From Lepidodermella squamata (Eukaryota; Animalia; Gastrotricha): DNA of 64,000 nucleotides. Location: assembly GCA_047495785.1 (NCBI GenBank), contig JBLDXI010000010.1:2232001-2296000 (forward strand), given 5' to 3'. The first letter of the stretch is position 1. The number at the start of each line of letters is the position of its first letter. This document shows, piece after piece, positions 10,897-22,720 of this stretch. The translations under genes were made by a program, and so were the position numbers. Under the pieces are notes generated by a model, which was given only the letters and a program-made list of their open reading frames with translations, was not told the DNA's origin and searched no databases.

Positions 10897-13438
10897 TACC
10901 CTAAAACTTCACAAAATTGTGTGACCATAGTTAACAAGCCACGCCATTAATAATTCGATTCAGTGGCAGTGGTGAATTTGTAATCTTTTGCCTTATCCAG
11001 TAAAACAGGTAGGACACTGGGATGCAATATTGTATCCCAGTGTCCTATATATAGTACTTTCAGTTATTAATTTATTGCCGGGTGCTCAGAACGATTCACA
11101 AATAATTTTAATCTCAGAAATATTATCTTTCGAACGGCACCTCGCTCTTAGCTCAACCCAACACCGTCATTACTTTATTGGGAATAGAATCTGAAGAAAT
11201 CTTTTCCGATTCTTCAGAATTCCGATCAGTCATCTTTGATATCGATTTCTATCGACACGGTTTTACTTATGAGATAATTCGATTGGTTGATTCCCTACCT
11301 CCAAGCTATCTGATGACGCATAAATCAAGATCATGCGATACTCTGCTATAGGATTCGATTATCGAAAATCAATGCCCTATATACAGGACACTGGGATGAA
11401 ATACAACCGTGGATTAGACCTATTTTTTATGAAAATTCTTTCATTCGAGGGGTGTTTTGAAGTGCAAAACTACTGTTTACGAATAAACTAACGGTATGAA
11501 ATTTGAGAAAACAGCCCCAGTCCGATGTACGGAAGGGTATTTTAGCTGTTTCGATATGGTTTTCTTGGCAGCGGAATGCAAAATAATGATTTGTCATCAC
11601 ATTGGGCTATGTTAGCTATTATTTAAGATTTAAGGGGTAATTTTTCCTTTCAAGTCAGTTCCACTCTTACTTTTTAGGTATTAGTGCATTAGCAGATTTG
11701 TCTAATGAGCCCTATTTAATTATGACGTAACACATGTTGAATCGAAGAAAATGACCGAAAGTCTTTTAATTTTATAAAGCTTGAGAAGTCACCTTAAAGA
11801 AAATACCTTTTAGTCACCTTTTGGTAACTCTGCCCGGCCATAATTTTGTTTTCGCCCAAAAGTGCAGTATAAACATGGCCATTATGGTCGATAGAACTTA
11901 TCACTGATTGCTATCTGAAGCTCGTAACACATTTTCACTGAACAGTGAACTTCTAAATATGAATAGCTTCAGCATCTGCCAGTCAAATTGACACATACTA
12001 GAGTAAGAAATAATTTTTTATCTCTTTTTGGTTCCGTGCATGCTCCATCCTATATATAGGACAGTGCGGGACGGGCTCAGGTCAGGTGGGGTCAGATAGA
12101 ACTTGTTTTTGTGATCAATAATTATCATTGCACCTATAGCGTATTCACAAGTGTTTTTATCCGGCATCACACCCTCTGGGAAACCATGAGTTCAATGCAG
12201 GATTGACATAGGCAGCACCTTATAACAGGATGGATATATTAGCCTGTAGAGAGCGGAACTTGTGCGCAGGAGATCAAACGCATAATGCCAACCTAACCCC
12301 CAGCCCTTCTACACTTCACTATAACCCCAGCTATAGTTTGAGTTTGGGTATGAGACCTCAGATCTGCCATCTTAGACTAATGTGAGCCTCAGTAAAAGCC
12401 TCAGGTTCGGTTTTCGATAGGGCATGGCCATGGACGGTGGGGGAGTTGGCTCATTTTCGGCCTAACTCAAGATACGCTAGTAGTCAAGGCAAGTGGGAAC
12501 TTGGCATTGAACCAGTTTTGCGAATTCATCTGCTCTTTGAGCTTTGAAATTTGCCAAGGTCCATAGTTCACTTTTGAGCTACGCCTATTTTAAATTGAGA
12601 TAATTTGTTATAGTCACGAAAATCGCTCATCCACGTGCACCATGGCATGATTAGCCGGTTTTGACGTCGTCACATCGGCTTGTTTATTCAAGACGCAAAG
12701 CGCTTTTTCATAGATAGACAGAATTGGCCAGAGCGTTGCCTCAATTGCCGATGAGCAACTTTGGGTAGCAGTCATAGTCAAAGAAAAGATAAGCACTCAA
12801 TAGAATATGTTTAAGCAGCTAGGGGTGGGATCATTCCTAATTGAACCAGTTTTTCCAGGTTGAATCAGACTATTTGGGAATGATAAGAAGTATTGATGTA
12901 TCATGAATTGAAATCAGAAAAAAATAAAAATATTTTGAAGCTACAAGGTGTGAATTGGAAATATTGGTCGAAACGCATGTAAATTTTCGGTAGGACGTCA
13001 AAACAGCGAATGCGCAGAACAGCGAAACCGACATAACAGCGAAAAATCCTGACCGAAAACCCCATCAGAAATCCAATAATATGATATTATTATAGTTCTA
13101 CGAAAAACTTTTCAAATGATTATTGACTCTGCGGTTGACGCTCGAGAAGTAAGTTAGCAATTCAAAGCGTATGGATACGACCTATTTTTGACAACGCTGT
13201 ACTACGTCATTGATGAAATTGGCCTCAGTAAGTCATTTTATTATCGCAGTGGCGCAATACGGTCAGATTGATAAGGGACACGAATATAAGCGCAGTAGAT
13301 TCTCGCCCTTTTTCATTCTTCTGCTTCCACAGTAGCCATCTGAGCATCAGACACAGTAAGTGGGCTAGTCCCGCGTCATCCGACTCTCAACAAGTCCAGT
13401 TAATTGCGGCTGCGTGGACGATCTTATTCCAAGATCGC

Positions 13439-15766
13439 ATGAGTAAAACTGCCATTCTGCACTACAGACGCCAGCATACGGCAACAACGAGACACAATGA
13501 ACACAATGTCACAGGAAAGTTCGTACGAAAATCGCCGCACAAACAACAGCAGCAGCAACTCTGGTGAGTTAAAGCCTTTCGTTTGGATTCAATTTACTCC
13601 GAAAGAATGCGTTCGAAAGGGGGTTACCCGATTTATTAATAGCTACCCCTAATGTATTTTCGCAATCGATTTGAATGCGTGCCAGTAGAGACACCTCATT
13701 GTGCAAACACAGCGGGAGTTGCCAAAGTGCTGCGCTCTATTGATCACCTCCATAAAGAAAAATCTTAGCGACCATCTCTTCACACTGCTCGCCCACTCGA
13801 TCTATACTGACCATTTTTTGCGTGTTGAATGCCATCATTATTATTTTCGTAAGACGAAAAAACTTGACGTGCTCAGTGAAGCGTGACGCCGCAACTGAAT
13901 ATTATTCTCGATTTTCAAGACTGCGCTTCGTTTTTAACGTTTAGTTTGTCATACTAAACAGGTCACGAGAGCTCGACGCAGCTGCCGCCTTCTGTATGCT
14001 GACTGTAGGCCAGCGCAATAATGTCCCGCTGGAACCGTACACCGCTGCGCGCAGCTTCGAGCATCAACACCTACTGCTCGAGCGCCACAGCCGCGCGGCG
14101 ATCGAGTCGCCGTCAGACGATGGCGACCAACTACAGCCTTCGATCTCCGTAGAGGACGCCATGACTCGCGAACTTGAAACCGCCGATGCAGAACGCGCCG
14201 TTATCCTGCTCGACCTGTCACGCGTCGTCGACCAATTCGACGCGTGGAAGCGTGAACTCAACCGTGTCGAGCCGTTCTACGCTGTGAAATGCAACACCGA
14301 TCCAACTCTCGTTCGAACTCTCGAGCGACTAGGAACTGGGTTCGATTGCGCTTCAAAGGCCGAGCTGAAAGCTGTCCTAGACATGGGAGTATCGCCGTCA
14401 CGCATCGTCTACGCCAACCCCTGCAAACCAGCCTCCCACATCCAGTACGCTCGTGAGAAGGGGGTCAAACTCATGACCTTTGACAACTACTTCGAGCTGG
14501 TCAAGATCAAGGCTGAGTTCCCAGAGGCCGAGCTGATCCTTCGCATCGCTACTGATGATTCGAAATCCGCTTGCAGATTCAGCGTGAAATTCGGCGCGGC
14601 CCTAACCGCGGTCGAGTCTCTCCTTACCGCTGCGAAATCCTTGGAACTGAGCGTTGTTGGCGTCAGCTTTCACGTTGGCTCCGGCTGCTACGACGCTGTG
14701 TTGTACGAAAGCGCGATTCAATCCGCCCGCTACGTCTTCGACACAGCCCAACAGCTAGGCTTCGGCTCAGCTTTTCACATCCTAGATATCGGCGGCGGAT
14801 ATCCAGGCGTTAGCAATGGCGATGACATACGGTTTGAATCAATCGCGAAGGTGGTGAATGCTTCGTTGGATGAGTTCTTCCCGTCGCAGGATTTCCCGCA
14901 TCTGCGTGTCATCGCTGAGCCGGGTCGTTTCTTTGCAACTGCTGCTTTTACGCTGGCTGTTAGCGTCACGTCTCGTAGGGTTACTACTGAGAAGAATCCG
15001 GAAACAGGCGAGGTCACGAAAACCTCCATGTACTATCTGAACGGTGAGTTTCCTAGCGTTAATAGGCTCCTTCTACAAAGCCTGATTCCAAAAAGGGAAG
15101 AAAGTAGGATAAGGGTTGGGCTAGAATCAGTTTTGGGTAGAAAAATGATTAGTTCCTAGTGCTGTTCCTGGGCCTATTAGGATTAGGACTTAGTTTAGGG
15201 TTAGAGTAAATATAAGGCCTTAGACGTAGTCCTATAGGAGTTAGGGTTCTGAATTGGGTTAGTTTTGGAGCATAAAGCTGGGGTTATGGTTCGGAGGCTT
15301 TCAGAATTTGAGTCAGGAAACTACATGGATCCAGTGTAAGTAGAGGCTCTCATGGTTTCCCTTTTCTGGCTTATTCTGTTTGAATGACCAGCTATAATTT
15401 TTGCTTTTTTCAGATGGCGTCTATGGGTCCTTCAACTGCTTGTTCTTCGACCACGCCCATCAAGTTCGCCCACCGCGAGTTTGGACCAAAAGTGGACGAT
15501 TCCTGACCCCAGATGAAGCAGACGCCCTACCGCGCCACCCTTCTTCGCTATGGGGTCCAACATGCGACTCAATGGACCTAATCCTCAGCGAAGTTGAGCT
15601 GCCTGATCTCGAAGAAGGCGACTGGCTGGTATTCAAGAACATGGGCGCTTACACTTCATGCTGCGCTACGACCTTCAATGGTTTCCAGAAAGCTCGCGTC
15701 GTTTCGATCAACACGGAAGCGTGGCGAGAAGCTGCCCACTTCACCAGTTCGAATGGACGGCCTTGA
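13439..15766 (+). CDS. ODC1: Ornithine decarboxylase; exons 13439-13563 (putative), 13962-15043, 15414-15766; alternative start at 13996
   Basis: PFYAVKCN (PLP lysine), GFDCAS, FHVGSG, DIGGGY, AEPGRF, DGVYGSFNC, GPTCD (catalytic Cys) and NMGAYT all intact; AATAAA at about 15950. Confidence 0.93.
13497..14002 (+). promoter_or_regulatory. Putative spliced 35-aa uORF overlapping the ODC ATG at 13996
   Basis: ATG 13497 (A at -3) spliced 13563/13962 gives MNTMSQESSYENRRTNNSSSNSGHESSTQLPPSVC*, TGA at 14000-14002. Confidence 0.45.
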
Positions 15767-16045
15767 AGTTTCAAGGCCCACGCCGAAAGCTAAAAAGTGA
15801 CTACTTTGATTTCCCTGCTAGAGATGATAATGATTATGCTTCTTAGCTTCCTATATATTGATTGAAGACTTTGCTTTCGCAGATCGATCAATTCCGCATT
15901 TGATTTTTCTACTTTTTCTGAATTTGTTGAATGTTGATTGTTTTAAAAGAATAAAGCTAGAATAACCGAATATTGTGACAAATTTATTTTAAAAAAATTG
16001 TGAAAAGACAAGTGGAGTGAAATTCATCGCTAGGGTTGTCACAGG

Positions 16046-17221
16046 TCACACGATGCATTTAAATTGCTTCAACGAGGCGGGAAAGCGGCGTTCGTGGATG
16101 CCGAGCAGTTCATTGCAGACCGGGCAGTGGTGTCGCACATCGAGGCACATGTGGCAGCAGAACGGTAGGATGAAGAAGCCCAGAATGCCAATCCTAGGTA
16201 ACAAGAAGAATGATAACTTTTGAATGCGAAGCCGAAAGAAAGATATGTCTTCACAATTTCTGAAGCGAGCTTCAAAACCTGAAATCGCCTATGAGCTCGG
16301 ACGCCTTTATAATAATCTGAATCTCTTTGAATCTCCTCGTTCATTTACTACTTACAGATATTTTGAATAAAATAGTAACCAAAAAACACAAACGGTGCCC
16401 ATTCAAATTTCCCACTATTTCGGTAACATAACACATCGAGGAGAAGTCCTATCAATAATCCATCTTTTACCAACGGTCACGAGATTTATCTCTCCTACTG
16501 CGATGCTCATCATTGCATGGAAAATTAACGAAATGTCCCTCGTCAAAGAGAGTGCAGCGCAATATTAATAAGATGCTAAGAAAAATAACAATCATCCCAT
16601 CAGACGTGGAATTACTTCTCAAACGATCAATGAATAATGAATGGCATAATTATCTCACCCTGTGCTGGCAAGCACCAGCGCGGAGGCGCGGGCGAACCGC
16701 CCCGCCCGATATCGCAAATTTGTCTCGATAAGCGAGCGGCACTTGGAGCATACGGCAGAAGTCGATTCCTGCGGCCAGACTATGCACTTTTGCAGTGCTA
16801 ACTGCGAAGCGGCCTGCGCTTCAGGCATCGGCAGGCCTAGAACAAGAGACGCTGCATCGATTTGGTAAAACGCCGCTAGGTCCACATCCGTAACTACGGT
16901 GCTTTCCTCCGCCGAGGGTGTTGAGCTGAAACTTCGCGAAATTGACGATACAGCCGCAGAAAATATCCGAAACGAAGGCCGTTTCCTGGGGTTTTTTGAC
17001 GGATCCTCTGTTACAGGAGCTTTATCACTCACAACTGGGGCTGGGCGGGATTTTGCTAGTCGTAAATTAGTAATTCTGTCCAGGTAGCGGCTGAGCACCT
17101 CGCGGACTGGCGACGGACTTCGCAGTTGGTTGATCGAAGGCTGTGAATTAGATAGCCGGCGGTCTGTTACCAAAACTGGTAAAGATTGCGACCGGCTCAC
17201 GGCTTCGACCTTGTCCGCCAT
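16046..17221 (-). CDS. LITAF/SIMPLE zinc-ribbon domain protein; exons 17221-16659, 16193-16046
   Basis: CSKC, hydrophobic segment (ASALVLASTGIGILGFFILPFCC), then DVRHHCPVCNELLG after a phase-2 splice: the LITAF CxxC/HxCxxC architecture. Confidence 0.85.
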
Positions 17222-18943
17222 TAAGAGTGTGCCCTAAATAGAGACATCAACAAAATATATTTCCAGTTGACTACTTTTTCCATCCAAATTTCACAAGGAA
17301 ATCGGAAGAGCTTACAGACAACCCCAATCTGATTTTCGAAGATTTTTGTGGATAAATACATTATTGAACTATGTGGACCAAACTGAGATGGAAATACCAA
17401 GAAAGTGGACTTCAGTTGGACTTCTGAAGTTTCAGGAATGAGTATATTATGTAGTATGGTGCATTCCTATATCTAAGCTTTTACCGAAAGTTTACCCAAA
17501 ATTCCACGCTCTATTCAAACAGCTTTAAATAAGACATGTTTTTTGGGTGCTATCTTAGGAATGAAATACTAAAATCTTGTATCTAGTGATAACCAGGGTT
17601 TGGAGGTGCAAACTATTTCCTGAAGGGAGAAAGGGGACGGGTATTGGGTGCTTTGCCTTTGCAATGACAGATTAGATTAGCAAATGCAGCCCATTTATCT
17701 CTTTAGAAATTCATAAGGGTTATATAATTTGGAAGCATGAACGAATCAAGCAACAGATCAGCACGGGATATCTGAGCCTAAAATTCCAAGATACCAACGA
17801 CACTTCAGCTTACGACAATTCAGCCAGTGTCTATTCCGCGCATGAAGAAACTTCAGAAAGCGATAGTAAGATATTTAGGGCCAAGTAAAATCTTGATTAT
17901 TTGCTGAATCCTCGACTGGCTGAATTGTCTCCTGATTCGTACTTTGTACTTAATCGCAGGCCTTTATTTTGCTTAATTGCCGCCAAATGCCCCTAAATAT
18001 GCCGCCGGATGCAGTGTCAGTCTGATATTACGACTGATGAATCTTTTCCTGTATAGGCGCAGACCCTATATACTGCATACAGCTTAATTGTAACTTGTCA
18101 CACGTTTTTAATGGGTAGGAACAGGTTTAGTGAGAAAGGTCTCCAACCTCGATAGGTTAGAGGTGCGATAAAACCCTAAGGATTGGTTTGTGACTATGTG
18201 AACCTAAATTAGGTTTGGCTCGTTTTTTACGCTAAACTTGAGAAATTACATATTAGTATAACGTAATATGGAAGTATACCTCTGCATGTATACGAGAGGA
18301 TATGCGTGATGTGATGGGCTGCACTTGCGTATATGACTGTAGGGATAGGTAAATAACGCTACTACGGCGACGTGTACTGCCCTTAAATGTTGTTGACGCG
18401 AGCGTTGGCCTCGGTGCGATCTCTTTTACATATTCATTATCCTATACACATCGATGGTTCTCGCTTGTTCATATCTTAATGCGCAGGTGTGTTGCACTGA
18501 CCCCTTTTCATCATTTTTTGTTATCAGTTATTTTTTTGAAATTGAAAAAATGAAACGCACCCCGGGATCCATCTTAAGACTATGAATATGCCAGTTTTTG
18601 TTTTCCACGCCAATTTTTGTCATAAAGGGATTCGAATTTTCACATCATGTGTTGAGTCGTCATATAATCGGTATTCCTGGCTTTTTTCCAATTTTTGAGA
18701 TGGCTTTGAAATGGGAAATGGGAACGGGGAACGCTGAATTGTCATACGATCGGAATAAATGCATCAAAGGTAAAAGTTAAAAGAAGACAGGATTTTTACT
18801 TCTAAATTCAGCGGCTAATAAATAACTGATGTTTCTGACGTAGTATCACTAGAGCAATATTTCAGCACAATGCGAAGAATACAATTAAGCTTCTATTCCA
18901 AGACTCATTATTGAGGAAAAGTCAGCGAGATTGTAGACCGTAA

Positions 18944-21900
18944 TTAGAATTTGTAACACGAGAAAGGGTCCAAATATTCGCCTTCGTCAATCCTTCGTTT
19001 CTGGAACAAATTGATTAAATTATAAGCGAGTAAGTTACAAAATGTATGGCAACAAACTTCGACACCATTCCGGCAGCCATATACAGTTCGGCGACAATCG
19101 ACGAAATCGCCTGAAGAAGGAGACGTGACGTTTCGGTAGCAACGATAGTATTTCTGATGGCGAAATTTCACATTATTAGTGTTTCACGATTGTGATATTT
19201 TGAAACATTACATAGCCATAAACGTGATTGCAAGCCAACCAGTTGCGAGCGAAACTTTTGTAGCCATTAAACATCGGAGGCTGAAATGGATAATGAAATA
19301 ACGGTACTTCACTGGTCACTGGAAACCATCAACTCACGACGGTCGTAGCATTACTGCCACACCCAGTGTTACCCGGGGTACAACTATAGACATTGGTCAA
19401 GCTATTGTAACACTTTTTGGCGTTCTGCAAAGATATATTAAGCAAATAAATATGTATAAGAAAATGAGATTAATCAGGACAACTCGCGGAAAAATCACCC
19501 CGGCGGCCCTAGGGACATTTGTATCAATCAGAAAAGCAAAAGTTCGACTTTGCAAAATAAAATAAGCCAAATTTAGTGTTGGTAAGCTAGTTTGGGCCCT
19601 TTTTACATTTCCCCAATTTTTATCAAACCAATTCACCCCCTGTTGGCAAGTAGTCGAGTCCAGTACACCGTTACGCTTTAGCGTAGTTTCTCCGGCAGAG
19701 CAAGTCGAACGACAAGCTTCGAATTCGTTGGTCTTCGAGTTGACGCAACGGCTAAGCAATTGAGCAGCTGGAGTAGTCGTATTGCCTGAGAAAATAGAGA
19801 ATTATGAGCCCGACAATACCTACGATAAAGCAATTAATGCTAACTTGTAGTTGTCCCGGAATTTACAGCTCTCGGGATTGAGCAAGGCTCAGTTGTGTTC
19901 GCACTGACGTAACAGTATGTCCCATTAGCGTTCGACGTCGGATTGCGACAGTAATTGCTCGAGGCTAGAATTGAGCCTCTGGGATACGCGAGACCATCGT
20001 AGAATTCAGTTGCTTCCGGCCATGGCAGGCAGGATTTCCCAGTCACAGATGTATTCTTCGACCCCTCGTAATCGTACCCGGATGGCGTGAGGCTCATCTC
20101 TCGATCATCGACTCCTGCACATTTGGCGTAAACATAAAGGCGGAATCCTTTGCCGGGCGTTGCTGCGTTCGATTTGAAGTGAATGACAGCGGTTGTACCG
20201 TTGACTTCGTAGATCCGACCGCTGCTCACGCCATAGGAGCAAATGCGTAAGTATGGCTGAGTTCCGTCGCCCGCGTTTAGGAATTCGACGTAGTCTTCGC
20301 AGTAGTCGTCTTGAGACTGAAACTGCCATCCGCCTGTGGAAAAAGTTCACTTTTTAATGATGTTGATTACCTGATGTAAGGGAAAAGCAAGAAACGGTAA
20401 CGTGAAAAACCCTACTACCAGTTTGCGAAGGTGGTATCGAAACCGCCTCCAGTTCTCAGTTCTCATGACCATGATAAAAACCCGAAAAGACCATTTTGTC
20501 ATTTGCCAGGACCATTTGGTCATAAAATTTGAGCCTGAAAATGCCTCCTATAATTGAGGATCTTCCTCCGTGCACTAACTACTAACTACAGGACATTAGC
20601 AAGGCTTTTTCCTGGTTGACCTCTCAGATCGTTCAACCTCTGAGCAGCAAGTTAACCAAATCTTACCAGAATTTCCAGAAGTTATATCTGGTTTTCCGTC
20701 AAATCCGAAAGTTAGGCCAGGCTGTTGTTTAGGAATGGAATCAAGTTGCAATAAACGACTATAGAGATAGTTTCAAGAGCCGTACCGTAGAGGAGATCAC
20801 GCGCCATGAGCAAATGCTCCCATTTGGATAAGCATTCGGATAATTAGGCGAGTCAATGTACATCAAGTTGCACTGAGTCATGCGAATAACCCCGCCGCAA
20901 GTTTCTTTAGGCAAGAAAGGAGGCAAGTCTGCGCAGAGCCGCCCGCCGGTCCCAGGTGGGCACAGGCATTGCGAGCAATTGTTCGGGTTCTGGTAGCCCC
21001 CATTCGTACAGTTGACCGACGACGAGTTGGAACAGTTTGTCTCTAGAAAAGTCAGGATCATTCAAGTTGGATTACATCGCTTCAACTCACCTAAGCAGTT
21101 ATATCGGTAGTTCAGGTACTTGAGATTGTTAAACGCCATGGATCCCGAGTTCATGGCTCCAATGTAACGCAAGTCTTTCGGTAAGATGGTATACCGGCTG
21201 GGTTTGGCTAGGATGCTCGGGTGAGGTATAGAAGCTGATCCATAATCGAAAGGAATGTCGAACGTTTCTGAGTCCTCTCGCAAGAACTTGACAAAGTTGG
21301 CAGGAAAGTAACTAATAAAAAACGAGAAAATATTGACGAATTGACGAAAGATTATTGCGATTCCAACCTGTTTCCACCTGTTACTGTCAGGTAATCGTCA
21401 CGGTCATATCGATTGAAGTCGTAATTCTGCAAATAACGCAGATTCAAATCAGTGGTGAAGATTCATTTTCAAGCCTCCTGAGCGCAATTTTTGGCAATTT
21501 TAACTTGAACTCGAGTCCTATTGTGCTAAAATCGTAAAAATCGTACCAACAAGCAGTCAGTCCCCCTAATAAACTAACTCTAAAGAAAAGTGTTCCTGCA
21601 TTCTGAACCACATAAGGAAAGTATTCTTTGAGCATTCTGGAAAGAAATTTCAATTACTTACAGATCCGAGCGTTATCAGTAAAGCTTTGGCGGCAAGCTG
21701 CAAAGAAAGAGACAACAAATTATTGCGAAACCTAGGAATATCATTTTCATGAATAATATAAATAAAGCCGATCAGCCAGTTGATCGGAAGCAGTAGCAAA
21801 CTTACAACTACCTCTATCGTGGATGAAATCTCAAATTGGTATATTCCCATATAACTTACTGGTGCCGCATCGAATTGAGCATTTTGTGTTGTGAAAGCTG

Positions 21901-22720
21901 AATGGTAACCAGACTCGGCGCTGTATTCACTATAAAGGAAGAATTATATAGGGTTATATTTAAGTACATATTATAGTATCACAATTTATTTTTCACAGTT
22001 TTCGTATTCAAGGAAAAACTGAGTTTGAGATGAAAGTAAAGCATATGACGACGAGGTACTAATGGAAATTTCTCGACTAATTGCGATAGGTATATGTGGT
22101 TTTCTTGAGGTAAAATGGCGAACTATAGAAATAATTAGGTATTTCAATTGACGCACCCGTTAACAACGCGGAACCATCGATCTGCAGGTAGTGGCCTACC
22201 GTTTTCTGTTCCATCTGGATTGAAGTAGTCTGAAAACAAGATCTCTTTGAATCGAATGCACGTGTTCTCCTCGACAAGTCGCAAATTGGCTCGCCAACTC
22301 GCCTCCAAATCACTAGCTGTTAGATATAAACAAAACAAGCAGGACGTTAGCATCGAAGGACCAATTTCCGACTGTGAGCTTCAACAAGGCTTCAACAGGG
22401 CCATCTACCTCGAGTATATCAGAAGCAACTTGGCCACCGTTTCACCTAATTTGACATTTTTTCGAGCAAGAGCTAACTATGACTTTCAAGGGCATGTTTT
22501 CCTCCAGGGTTTACCCTAGCTTCCTCATCTAGACTTACTCAACGGCGGCTGGGGGAAAATCATGAATGGCACGGGGTTTGACCATAGTGATTCGTTGAGA
22601 GCATCGCTCAGCACCGGCATCGCATCTTCGCCGTCTCGCGGCGACTTGAACAGACTGGCACCTGGCTGCAAGGAGAAAATTTACGTTATTCATATATTTT
22701 CCTATCGACTCTTGTGCCAT
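18944..22720 (-). CDS. Second inactive astacin-EGF-CUB-kringle protein with three Cys-rich repeats; first exon not resolved
   Basis: LWSNPVPFMI, ENTCIRFKE, NRYDRDDYL, FDYGS; EGF CTNGGYQNPNNCSQCLCPPG; CUB SPNYPNAYPNGSICSW..FKSNAATPGKGF; kringle GYDYEG..CLPW..NYCRNP; stop at 18944. Confidence 0.75.

Noticed and set aside
12632-12637. CACGTG E-box upstream of ODC (a Myc target in mammals)
   Set aside because: A single hexamer far from the predicted TSS is expected by chance.
13426-13446. ATT-CCA start resembling the AUU-initiated AZIN1 uCC
   Set aside because: Only six codons (IPRSHE*), weak context, no PPW/PS ending.
13996-15766. Possibility that the ODC homolog is an inactive antizyme inhibitor
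   Set aside because: The PLP lysine (AVKCN), the GPTCD cysteine and the other active-site motifs are intact.
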